DNA from: an uncultured Gammaproteobacteria bacterium
GTDB lineage: Bacteria > Patescibacteriota > Microgenomatia > Daviesbacterales > UBA10151
NCBI GenBank assembly: GCA_964390595.1
Contig: CAYMIA010000007.1
Span: 1-59,997, forward strand
Direction: 5' to 3'
DNA: 59,997 bases
In this document: positions 16,700 through 25,578 of the stretch, in pieces
Position numbering within the stretch: the stretch's first letter is position 1
Layout: every line of letters begins with the position of its first letter
Notes under the pieces: generated by a model
The model's input: the letters and a program-made list of their open reading frames with translations, nothing else
What the model was told of the DNA's origin: nothing
The model's database searches: none
Position numbers and translations under genes: made by a program

Positions 16700-19606
16700 G
16701 ATCACTGCTAAAATTTCTGCTAGAACGATTGGAAATACTAGAATATCCGCTAATTTTTGGTAATCTGTTTTTACAGATTTAATTAGGTCCTTATTTATTG
16801 CGCTAGCTCCAAGTACTCGTGGATGATTGGGGATATCGAGGGAGATGGGGGTGGCAGATGGAGTGGCAATTATGGGTAAAATTGCTAATTTGGGGGAAGG
16901 AGTTGGGGTAGGGGTGGGGGTTGGTTTTGCCGTTGGTGAGGGTGTTGTTGTTGGCTGAGGCGTTGGTCCGCTGGCTAGCGGAGTTGGATTGGGAGCAGTC
17001 GTTGCGGAGGCGAGTAATGTTGGGGTAGGGGTTGGAATGGGAGTTGAGGTAGCTTCTGGTATGGTGGTTGGTTCAGGAGATGGAGTTGGGTCTGGTGTAG
17101 ATTCTACTGTAATTTGAGTTGGTGTGGCGATGGTTATTGAAATAGTTTGAGGGATCTCTTGATTGTTGGCTTTGTCAGTTGAAAAGAATTGAACAATATT
17201 TGTACCTGGGTTGGTTAAGATGATTGGATCAGAGTAGGTTTGAATGGTTTGGCCTCCATCTAAACTATATTCAGTTTTAAGAACGCCTGATTTGGTATCA
17301 GTTGGGTTTAATGTAATGCTGACTGGTGCGTTATAAGTGCCGTCTTCTTTTTTATCTCCATCGATTTGGTAGTTTGTTCCTGGCGGATTGGTATCTAAAA
17401 CATCTGGTCCTGAGACAGTGGTTGTAGGTGAAGCTGGTTGGTCATTGACAGTAACCGTCGTGGTTAAAGTTGCTGGGTTGGTGGTTACTTTGGTATTGGT
17501 AGTAGGAATGTTGTTGTAAGTGGCGACTTTGATGATTTGATTGGTGTCGTAACTGCGTACAGTGATATTGGTTTTTGGTTTGGGAGAGGTGACTTTGGTG
17601 GTAACTTTCTTGGCGCTTTTTTTAACAAAGGCGTGCTTGGTATTATCTAGTGAGTCAAAATAGGTGTTGGGGATGTTGGTTTCAATTTTGCCATCTGAAT
17701 TAATACCAGTGTGATTGTTATTTTCATCATATAGATCTAAATTAGCATCTTGATCAACCGAGAGTTGTTCGCCTACCAAATCTGACTTTTGACTGGCTTT
17801 TGCTGGAAAGCTGTCTGAGTCCGTTAAAATTGAGCCCACGATTTGCATGGCATCACCAGCTTTGTTGGGTAGGTCACTGTGATCTTGTTCGACATAATAA
17901 ATTTTGGCATCTGCAGATAGATCTTGGCTTTCGTTTTTGAGCGAAGCGCTGTACATTGGAACTGTGCCATCACCATTTACAAAAGTTTCATCTTTAGTGG
18001 GGATTAGTTTAATTGGCCAGTTGATCAGGTATTTTTCTTTAATTTGACCGAGGGTTGGTTGGCCTGAGCCAACAATTTCATAAAGCCTAACTCCATTGGC
18101 TTCTTTTAGTAAGGGATCGAGGTGGTCATGAAACTGTTCAGCTAAGTTAAAGATGATCATATTTAGGCCAAAATTACTGAGTAGAGTTTTTAAGTGATTG
18201 AAGTCTAGCGGACCAACTTCGCCGTTTTTATCTATATCCCGTTCATCGAAGAAAGGATATGGGAATTGGGGATCAGAGTTATTATAGAAATCGTAATAAT
18301 GCTTTGATGGAACTAATTCAAAGGCGGCTAAAAAGCTTGATAGCAATTCTCTGACTTCAGTAGATGGGATAACAGGGATAGATATAAAATAGAATGAATA
18401 TTTCAATGTATCTCCATATACTAGATTCTTCAGTGCAGTGGGTGCTCCCAGATGAGGTGTGCCTAGTTCGATTAATTTATTAACTTTGGGGGCCTTACTG
18501 GGATCAGAGATGTAGTTTCTGGCAACCAATCCTCCCATTGAATGGGCAACTAGATTAACTTTAGTTTGACCAGTGGATTCTGTGGCATGAGTAATTAAAT
18601 TATCCAGTTCTGACTCTGTGGTTTTAATGTCTTTCCGCCAATCATAAGCATAGATAAAATAATTGACCCCTTTTTGGTAACCCAGATCACTAAAAAAGCT
18701 GTCTATATCGCTGTACCCAAATGGGGTTAACTTCCCACTAACTATTACCCCTGGAGCTTCAGGAGTTTGACCATCATTTTTCATCCTTAAAACATCAAAA
18801 TAATCATCTCCTCCTAGTTTGATAGCTTCATCTTGATTGATCCAAATCTTTTCTCCAGATGGGTAAGCGTGAGAGTAAGTGCCTCCATGCCCATTATCAT
18901 TGCTCCAAAAGATATCTTGATCAGCTTGTAGTTCAGAACCGCCAATTCCTGGAATAAAGATGACTGGAGGTTTGGGTCTTTCCAGAAGAGTGACTTTGAT
19001 ATTATCAAATTTGGCTACAATTTTGCCAAAATCTCCTGTCCAGTAGTCTATAGCCAGCTTGCCAGATGAGAGTGGGTTTGAGTCATGAATGTCAAAGACT
19101 TTGGTTGAATCTAGCCACATTTGAAGGTGATTACCCACCGCTTCAACTTTGACATGGTAAACTTGAATTTTGTTCAAGGAGAAGTCTTGAGTACTAAAAA
19201 GCATGGTTTGCACAGAATCTTGGGCTTTAACTAAGTTGATTCCTGGAGTGCCATACTCACCATTTCCAAATCTGAAATTCAGAGCATAGGTGTTAAAGCC
19301 ATCTTTTCTACGGAATTGAACTCCTTGGTCAACTCCTGCAAAGTTGGATGTATCAAATTCAAGGCGGAAATCAGCCCAGTCTCCGCCTCCGGTAATGCGA
19401 CCAGGAGAGTTGCTATTAAAATCCCAAGCTTCTAACATCCCGCTTGGGCCGATCTCCCATTGACCAATTTCTGGGGTCCACTGACTGAGGTTGTCAAAAC
19501 TTTCGGTAAAAACAACAGAACCTTCTTGGTAATCAGCTGCTTGCACAGAAATAACGTTCAAAAAAAGAATGGGCAGTATCAAAATGATACTAAGGAGAAT
19601 TTTCAA
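16664..19606 (-). CDS. Secreted, C-terminally anchored LCAT/PGAP1-like alpha/beta hydrolase with N-terminal DUF1080/LamG-like domain and P/T stalk
   Basis: Signal peptide; FIPGIGGS, YDWR, AHSMGG nucleophile elbow, GTPHLGA, GDGTVP and DH; Ig-like DTNPP..YSLDG..FFSTDKANNQE domain; PT repeats; terminal TM. Confidence 0.82.
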   Translation of the reverse strand: MKILLSIILILPILFLNVISVQAADYQEGSVVFTESFDNLSQWTPEIGQWEIGPSGMLEAWDFNSNSPGRITGGGDWADFRLEFDTSNFAGVDQGVQFRRKDGFNTYALNFRFGNGEYGTPGINLVKAQDSVQTMLFSTQDFSLNKIQVYHVKVEAVGNHLQMWLDSTKVFDIHDSNPLSSGKLAIDYWTGDFGKIVAKFDNIKVTLLERPKPPVIFIPGIGGSELQADQDIFWSNDNGHGGTYSHAYPSGEKIWINQDEAIKLGGDDYFDVLRMKNDGQTPEAPGVIVSGKLTPFGYSDIDSFFSDLGYQKGVNYFIYAYDWRKDIKTTESELDNLITHATESTGQTKVNLVAHSMGGLVARNYISDPSKAPKVNKLIELGTPHLGAPTALKNLVYGDTLKYSFYFISIPVIPSTEVRELLSSFLAAFELVPSKHYYDFYNNSDPQFPYPFFDERDIDKNGEVGPLDFNHLKTLLSNFGLNMIIFNLAEQFHDHLDPLLKEANGVRLYEIVGSGQPTLGQIKEKYLINWPIKLIPTKDETFVNGDGTVPMYSASLKNESQDLSADAKIYYVEQDHSDLPNKAGDAMQIVGSILTDSDSFPAKASQKSDLVGEQLSVDQDANLDLYDENNNHTGINSDGKIETNIPNTYFDSLDNTKHAFVKKSAKKVTTKVTSPKPKTNITVRSYDTNQIIKVATYNNIPTTNTKVTTNPATLTTTVTVNDQPASPTTTVSGPDVLDTNPPGTNYQIDGDKKEDGTYNAPVSITLNPTDTKSGVLKTEYSLDGGQTIQTYSDPIILTNPGTNIVQFFSTDKANNQEIPQTISITIATPTQITVESTPDPTPSPEPTTIPEATSTPIPTPTPTLLASATTAPNPTPLASGPTPQPTTTPSPTAKPTPTPTPTPSPKLAILPIIATPSATPISLDIPNHPRVLGASAINKDLIKSVKTDYQKLADILVFPIVLAEILAVILFATFIKKPHH

Positions 19607-19697
19607 TTTTAATTGCTCGTTTCGGTTTAATTTTGGGAAATAATATCAAAAAGATATCTACTTGTACATAGTTTGATATATATGTATAATTTTGTCT

Positions 19698-20759
19698 ATG
19701 GAAATTTGGAATAGAGCGAGAGAATTTTTAGGTGGGATTCCAGAAGAGAATGCTGCGTTGGATAGGTTGGCGCTACTTGATAGAAAAACTACCCTATCTA
19801 GAAGAGATAAGGTTGAATTACCAACCTTAAAGCAGCGTCAGCGAAGATTACTGCTAAAAAGAATGGGATTTACAGGTGGACTGATTGCTACTGGAGGTTT
19901 GGGAGCGTTGGCTTATGCATGTTCAAGACCTCGAGCAGAGACTTCTTTACCGCTTGATATACCAACAATAATGCCTTTGCCGACAGTGATATCTCCAAGT
20001 CAAAACTTCTCTTCAGAAACGGAAAGATTATACGAGTTGGGCGAAAAAACATATATGCATTATGCAGATGGTTTTGAACAGATCGCTAAATTTGATGAGG
20101 AATCGGCTACAAATCTAGCTTTTATGAAAGAGAGAAGAAGAAGAGGTATTCTCCTACCGAAGGGAAATAGTTTGGTCCCAATCATGGATGCAGGTTTTGA
20201 CCCTGAGCTTAATTTTTCTACAGCTATTTTAGCTCCAGAGTATTCTGGATTTTTGGCTGGGCAGGAGGATGCTTTTGCGAGCAATTTAACAGATGGTAGG
20301 ACTGTTGTAGTTATGTTAAGGGATACCCCAGTTTCAACTATTTGGGCTGGTTTGGTTTTAGATCATGAGGTTTTTCATGTTAAACAGGCTTTCCAAGAGA
20401 GAGGTAGGCCTGTGGAATTACCTATTCCAAGTGCCAAGGAGAAGAGAGCTAGAGCAGAGCTTGATGCTTATACTCATGAGTTGAGAATGATAAACAAGTT
20501 GACTAGTGGTGAGTTTGATATAGCGATAGCTAAAATGGCAGGTCAGATTAGGGAGAGTATGCCACTTGATGTAGATGGTAATTTACTGGCTGGGACAGAA
20601 AAATTTTTTGGGCCAGCTTTAGGCGAATTAGAGATGAAGAATAGGAAAGTTGTTTATGTTGTCGCGCTGAACTTTAAAATAGCAGAACTAAGAATTTCGG
20701 ATACTGATCAAATTAAAAGAAAAAAGCTTGATTTTATAATTGCAGCCTTAATTGGATAA
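19698..20759 (+). CDS. Hypothetical single-pass protein with HExxH zincin-like motif
   Basis: Arg-rich segment, TM helix, and DHEVFH with a downstream AELDAY glutamate. ATG 19698 lies 7 nt after TATAAT (19685-19690). Confidence 0.65.
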   Translation: MEIWNRAREFLGGIPEENAALDRLALLDRKTTLSRRDKVELPTLKQRQRRLLLKRMGFTGGLIATGGLGALAYACSRPRAETSLPLDIPTIMPLPTVISPSQNFSSETERLYELGEKTYMHYADGFEQIAKFDEESATNLAFMKERRRRGILLPKGNSLVPIMDAGFDPELNFSTAILAPEYSGFLAGQEDAFASNLTDGRTVVVMLRDTPVSTIWAGLVLDHEVFHVKQAFQERGRPVELPIPSAKEKRARAELDAYTHELRMINKLTSGEFDIAIAKMAGQIRESMPLDVDGNLLAGTEKFFGPALGELEMKNRKVVYVVALNFKIAELRISDTDQIKRKKLDFIIAALIG

Positions 20760-20803
20760 TTTTAATCTTGTCTATTTTGAACTGGAGTGGTATAGTCCTG
20801 CCA

Positions 20804-21490
20804 ATGGATCAGAAAGCTTTTACTATCATATTTGTGGTGATTACTTTGGTGGCTGTTGGGGTTTTGGCGTTTAGCAGAATCACCGGTGAATCTCCGCAGG
20901 TTGCTGCTTCTCCCTCACCTTCAGTAGATACTTCACTTTTCGGTAATCAAAATCAAGCTCAGCAACAGGGTCAGGTTCCAGTCCAGCAACAAAATCCAGC
21001 ACCTGCAGGGCAGAAAAAACAATATAGTAAATTTCCAGGAGTATTAGCTGCAGCTCAATTAGAGAACAAAAAAGCAGTCATTCAAACTCCCAAGGGAGTT
21101 ATTGAGTTTGAAATTTACCCAGATGCGCCTAAAGCAGCTTCTAATTTTATCTTTTTGGCTAGTGACCATTTTTACGATGGGTTGACTTTTCACCGTGTTG
21201 AGCCTGGGTTTGTAATTCAAGGTGGAGATCCTTTGGGAAATGGGACTGGTAACCCTGGGTATAAATTTGAGGATGAAGCGGTAACTGGCAGCTATGATAA
21301 AGGAGTTGTGGCTATGGCGAATGCCGGACCGAACACAAATGGTTCTCAATTTTTCATTATGATAGATGATCACCCAGAGTTGCCGAAAAAATATACAATC
21401 TTTGGAAAGGTGATAAAAGGACGGGAGGTTGTAGATAAGATTGCAGTGGGAGATGTGATGCAAAGTGTATCTATTCAGCCTTTAAAATAA
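20804..21490 (+). CDS. ppiA: Cyclophilin-type peptidyl-prolyl isomerase, membrane anchored
   Basis: FYDGLTFHRVEPGFVIQGGDP, AMANAGPNTNGSQFFI and YTIFGKV. Start ATG 20804 follows TTGTCT-17-TATAGT by 7 nt. Confidence 0.92.
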   Translation: MDQKAFTIIFVVITLVAVGVLAFSRITGESPQVAASPSPSVDTSLFGNQNQAQQQGQVPVQQQNPAPAGQKKQYSKFPGVLAAAQLENKKAVIQTPKGVIEFEIYPDAPKAASNFIFLASDHFYDGLTFHRVEPGFVIQGGDPLGNGTGNPGYKFEDEAVTGSYDKGVVAMANAGPNTNGSQFFIMIDDHPELPKKYTIFGKVIKGREVVDKIAVGDVMQSVSIQPLK

Positions 21491-21491
21491 G

Positions 21492-22166
21492 ATGGGGGAA
21501 TTTAAATTTGATCAATCGCTATTGCCCAGGGAATTTAGGTTAACAGATCAAGAAAGAAAGCAAAAAGGGATTGGTTTGATGGTACCGGTTAAAATAACAC
21601 CCGGAAATCTGCAGCCTGAGGATGTTATTTCTAATATCGTGGTGGTCATGGCACCTTACCCGAGGGCTTTTGTAGCCTCTGATCTAAGGGCTTTTATGGA
21701 ACAGACATTTAACTTTGAGGGTTACAATGTGTCTAGGCTGATTGATGGGATAAGACAGGGTTTTTTTGTGGGGAGGGCTAGAGTTGATATCCCAGCGGTT
21801 ATGCAGGTTAACCAAACGCTTAGATTTAATGTGGGGGATCCAGACCGGGCTAAACGGTTAGGATGTTTAGGAGCTAGTTGCGATGAGATTACCCAGATCC
21901 AAAAAGAGAGAGTGGATTTTAGAGTCTACCATGATCCAGATCTAGCTGAACAAATGGCTTTGCTGGAGTTAGCAAAAGCTGCTGGCCAAATTAGACTGGA
22001 GGATGTTAGGGATTCGGCAGTTTTGGGTGATTTAGATTGTATTATACCGGGGAAGTTTTTATCCTGGAATGGTTGGGCAGTTGAAGAGGTGAGAAAAGAA
22101 AGAGAAAAATTAATGATTAAGGGAGCTAATGGTCGTTTACCTGAAGTAAAATGTTATGTGCCCTGA
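21492..22166 (+). CDS. Hypothetical protein
   Basis: 224 aa ORF starting 1 nt after the cyclophilin stop; no recognised motif. Confidence 0.6.
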   Translation: MGEFKFDQSLLPREFRLTDQERKQKGIGLMVPVKITPGNLQPEDVISNIVVVMAPYPRAFVASDLRAFMEQTFNFEGYNVSRLIDGIRQGFFVGRARVDIPAVMQVNQTLRFNVGDPDRAKRLGCLGASCDEITQIQKERVDFRVYHDPDLAEQMALLELAKAAGQIRLEDVRDSAVLGDLDCIIPGKFLSWNGWAVEEVRKEREKLMIKGANGRLPEVKCYVP

Positions 22167-22170
22167 AGCT

Positions 22171-24066
22171 TTAAGCTTGGCCCATTTTTTGAAGCAGATT
22201 GTGACAGGCTAGTTGTTTGGCGTCTCTTTTGCTGCTGGCCTGGACTGGATCTGAGACAATAGTTTCTCCTTTGATGTCAATTTGCACTTGAGCAGTGAAA
22301 ACTGGTTTATAGGCAGACCCGCTTTCAGTTATTTCAAACCGGGGTGGTGAGTTGTTTTCTTTGTGACCTAGCGCCTCGATTTGAAAGATATAGCGATTGT
22401 GCTTAGGTGCCCTAACTAATTTTCTTTGGTCAAGTAGTTGCTGAATCTCTTGAGGTGGGATTGGATGACCAGTTATTTTAGCTAAAATTTCTAAGCACCC
22501 TGCATGAGTGGTTAATTTTTCTTGATCGGATGAGTAGGGAGCTGAAATATAATCTTGATCTGGTGTGGCGAGCATTGTTTGAGTGATATATTGTCCCTGC
22601 CTATTGGAGGAGGAGAATTTTAGGTGTTCCCATCTTTGGGTTTGAGTGGCCCGGTCAAGGATAACTCTGGCTGCTGGAAGGAAGGTTTTGATCCAACCAA
22701 GTAAAGCTGGAGTAATTTCTGCCCATTCAGGAAGATGCCGGCCCTCGATTAAAATAAAATAGGCTTCTTGATCGGTAACGCTACTTTCCTGGATTCGCCT
22801 GAGAAGTTCGGTTTTTATGGGATTAGTGAGGTTCTCTTTTTGAGTCTGATTTCTGACTAGTTCTATGAATGCGGCTGAGTTAAGAGAGGAGAGAGCGCTT
22901 TTGTCTAATGAATCAAGAGCTTCACTGGCAGCGGCGATACTTTCAGCTTTTTTTAAAATCCTTTTCGTTTCTATAACTGCTCCTCTTTCTTTTCCAGTGG
23001 CCCGGCTAGCCATGACTTTTAAATCTTCCTCGGTATAAGGGGAGCTCTCTCCACTTAAACAGGCTTTAATGATTCTGAGATTAATCAGATCGGGAAATTT
23101 AGATAATGGGTGGTTGATCTGGGCAATCTGATCAACAGACAGACCGTAGTGGCCAATTGTTCTGGTTTGATAACTGCCTCTGTTGCCAGTTGCCCTCAGT
23201 TTTTCTTGAAAGGTTTTTAAGGCTTCAATATCCCCTTCTGCCAGTGCTTTCTCGATTGTTTCTTGCCATTCTTCTCTTTCAGGGAACTCACTCAGTTTGA
23301 AATGATTTCTCCAGATCGCTGGTTGATCATGATCCTTTAAAATTCTGGTGGCAGCTAGATTCGTGAGCAGACCAAGTTCTTGGTTGACTATAAAAGTAGC
23401 GCGGGCTTGTTCGGGCGCAAGTTGACGGAGATCGCCTTCTTCGCTTCCGTACCAACCTAATTCTGGGTCAAAGAAAGCTAGGGCTCCTTTAGCCTGTCTT
23501 TGTTCGAGAAGTCTTTGTGCTAGCTGAGTCAGTTTTTGTATTTCGGTCCGGTGACCCTCTCTTCTAATATCGCCAAAATAGACTTCACTGTGAGTATACA
23601 AAACTGGATTTTTGCTATAAGTTAATTCAGCTGAAGGGTGGCCCATTTCCAAAGTGGGAGAAAGTGGGATGTGGAATGTAACAGTTGGCCGGGGAAAAGG
23701 GGAGTAATCCAGTTGAACTAAACTGAGTCTCAACTCAGATAATTTTCCAGGTAAAAGTGGGGCATACCTGTCGCCATCTTTATAAAAAAGAGTAAACATC
23801 CTTCTTCGCGCTTCAATGTCAACTAATGAGCCTGGTTTGACTAGGTAATCAACGTCTGAGACGCTGGCGTTTAGAAGGTATCCATCCGGGAGTATTTTTA
23901 CCTCGAAGGATTGGCTATAGGCTCTGGGACGAACCCAGGAATCTGCAAAAACTAAACCAAACGCTGGTTTTCTACTGATGGTTAGTTCATCGGTTATTTT
24001 TAAGCTGTCAGATTCCCCGATCACTTCTGGTGGAAACCCAGGATGAATGTCGATATGTGTGCTCAT
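22171..24066 (-). CDS. RNB (RNase II/R) fold protein with degenerate active site and C-terminal dsRNA-binding domain(s)
   Basis: SVSDVDYLVKPGSLVDIEARRR, PLLP..LSE..LSL, N.AA..L, IWRNH and GHYGL..DL RNB motifs; C-terminal GSAYKPVFTAQV...ASSKRDAKQLAC dsRBD. Confidence 0.78.
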   Translation of the reverse strand: MSTHIDIHPGFPPEVIGESDSLKITDELTISRKPAFGLVFADSWVRPRAYSQSFEVKILPDGYLLNASVSDVDYLVKPGSLVDIEARRRMFTLFYKDGDRYAPLLPGKLSELRLSLVQLDYSPFPRPTVTFHIPLSPTLEMGHPSAELTYSKNPVLYTHSEVYFGDIRREGHRTEIQKLTQLAQRLLEQRQAKGALAFFDPELGWYGSEEGDLRQLAPEQARATFIVNQELGLLTNLAATRILKDHDQPAIWRNHFKLSEFPEREEWQETIEKALAEGDIEALKTFQEKLRATGNRGSYQTRTIGHYGLSVDQIAQINHPLSKFPDLINLRIIKACLSGESSPYTEEDLKVMASRATGKERGAVIETKRILKKAESIAAASEALDSLDKSALSSLNSAAFIELVRNQTQKENLTNPIKTELLRRIQESSVTDQEAYFILIEGRHLPEWAEITPALLGWIKTFLPAARVILDRATQTQRWEHLKFSSSNRQGQYITQTMLATPDQDYISAPYSSDQEKLTTHAGCLEILAKITGHPIPPQEIQQLLDQRKLVRAPKHNRYIFQIEALGHKENNSPPRFEITESGSAYKPVFTAQVQIDIKGETIVSDPVQASSKRDAKQLACHNLLQKMGQA

Positions 24067-24176
24067 TGTTAGCTGTCATTGTAGCAAGAAATTCTTACAT
24101 TTCAAGGGTGCTTTGGTTGTCCAATATCTAGTTGCTTTACAAAATATCTGAAGGGTGGGATGATCAGCGTCCTGTT

Positions 24177-24728
24177 ATGAAGATTCAAATTATTTTGGGT
24201 TCGACCAGAAATCACCGGGTTGGTGAAAAAGTAGCTAAATGGCTATACAACCAAGTTAAAAATACACCTGATGCGGAGATTGAATTAGTTGACTTAGAGG
24301 ACTATCCGCTGCCTTTTTATGATGAGCCAGTTATTCCTAAGATGATTAAAGGAGATTATTCCAACAAGGTAGCTAAAAAATGGGCAGCTAAGGTAGCTGA
24401 AGCAGATGGGTATATTGTAGTGACCCCTGAATACAATCATGGCTATCCAGCAGTTTTAAAAAACGCCTTGGACTATGTTTATTATGAATGGAATAATAAA
24501 CCAATTGGGTTTGTGTCTTATGGAGGAATTTCTGGGGGTTTGCGGGCGGTTGAACAGTTGCGGCAGGTGGTAATTGAGTTGGAGATGGTGCCTATTAGAG
24601 AGTCAGTAAGTTTCCAGTTTGTATCTAAACAATTTAATGAACAAGGTGATGTGATTGATAAATCATATGATGACCGGGTGGCTGTGTTGATGAAGCAATT
24701 GTTGTGGTGGTTAAAAAAATTAGCTTAA
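24177..24728 (+). CDS. NADPH-dependent FMN reductase
   Basis: ILGSTR, VTPEYNHGYPAVLKNALD and SYGGISGGLRAVEQLR. ATG 24177 preferred to TTG 24132. Confidence 0.92.
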   Translation: MKIQIILGSTRNHRVGEKVAKWLYNQVKNTPDAEIELVDLEDYPLPFYDEPVIPKMIKGDYSNKVAKKWAAKVAEADGYIVVTPEYNHGYPAVLKNALDYVYYEWNNKPIGFVSYGGISGGLRAVEQLRQVVIELEMVPIRESVSFQFVSKQFNEQGDVIDKSYDDRVAVLMKQLLWWLKKLA

Positions 24729-24811
24729 GGGTGGGCAGAGACTGAGGTGGCGATTGATAGGGTAAAGATAATGGCGAAAATACTAAGTAAGAGCACTGCT
24801 CGGAACTTCAT
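24725..24811 (-). pseudogene. Signal-peptide-only mini-ORF (28 aa), likely remnant of a secreted-protein gene
   Basis: MKFRAVLLLSIFAIIFTLSIATSVSAHP*, with TTGACA-17-TAAGCT upstream on the - strand. Confidence 0.45.
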
Positions 24812-24903
24812 GGTTAAAATAAAGCTTAACACTCTGAAAAATTACTGTCAAGGAAACAATTGATCTATTGACTTTTTGGGTTTACTTCGGGTAATCTCAA
24901 AGT

Positions 24904-25005
24904 ATGAGTTTGGTGGCCTCATCCTTAATCAGACTGATTTATGGAGTTGCTGTAGGGCTTTTGGTTTCGGGGTTAATTATTGGATTTGCGAGGCTGTTTG
25001 CTTAA
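24904..25005 (+). CDS. Putative 33-aa single-TM microprotein
   Basis: MSLVASSLIRLIYGVAVGLLVSGLIIGFARLFA*, preceded by TTGACT-18-TAATCT and 6 nt to the ATG. Confidence 0.45.
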   Translation: MSLVASSLIRLIYGVAVGLLVSGLIIGFARLFA

Positions 25006-25010
25006 ATTTT

Positions 25011-25026
25011 GCACAATATTTTGTGG
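25011..25026. promoter_or_regulatory. NrdR box 1
   Basis: gcacaatattttgtgg matches the NrdR-box consensus acaCwAtATaTwGtgt; it lies just upstream of TTGACA (25028-25033). Confidence 0.75.
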
Positions 25027-25087
25027 CTTGACAGTTAAGCAGCAGAATATGATATGTTAGATATGTTGAATAGATAAGGGGCGCGGT

Positions 25088-25103
25088 ATACAAGATATTG
25101 TAT
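25088..25103. promoter_or_regulatory. NrdR box 2 (overlaps nrdR start codon)
   Basis: atacaagatattgtat matches the NrdR-box consensus. Confidence 0.75.
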
Positions 25104-25548
25104 GAAATGTTTTTTTTGCGGTAGCGAACAGAGTAATGTAATTGATAAACGCGCAGTTAAAAGCTCAGGGGAGATCAGAAGGCGCCGGGAATGTTTAAAA
25201 TGCCACCGGCGGTTTACGACTTACGAAAGAATAAGTATCAGTGACTTTTACGTTATAAAAAGAAGTGGGAGTAAGGAGGTTTTTGACCGGAATAAGCTTC
25301 GGGCTGGGCTTTCTAAGGCGCTGGAGAAGCGGCCGGGAATTGACAGAGTCGAGCACATTGTTGAGAGGATTGAAAAAAGACTGAAATTGAAAGGGTTGCC
25401 AGAGGTTAATAGCAAGTTGATAGGTCAGGTGGTACTCTCAGAGTTAAAAAAGCTGGACAAGATCGCTTATTTGCGTTTTGCCTCTGTTTATCACCAATAC
25501 TCAGAGGTTAGTGATTTTAGTAAGGAGTTGGAGCATTTAAAGGTTTGA
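25102..25548 (+). CDS. nrdR: Transcriptional repressor NrdR
   Basis: CxxC...RRRRECxxC..RFTTYER zinc ribbon, ATP-cone and AYLRFASVY. Confidence 0.96.
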   Translation: MKCFFCGSEQSNVIDKRAVKSSGEIRRRRECLKCHRRFTTYERISISDFYVIKRSGSKEVFDRNKLRAGLSKALEKRPGIDRVEHIVERIEKRLKLKGLPEVNSKLIGQVVLSELKKLDKIAYLRFASVYHQYSEVSDFSKELEHLKV

Positions 25549-25578
25549 TTATTGAAAAAAGATTTAATTTGTGAAAAT

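Noticed and set aside
16850-17130. G/T-rich repetitive tract resembling a VNTR or G-quadruplex array
   Set aside because: Fully explained as the reverse complement of Pro/Thr codons in the lipase stalk.
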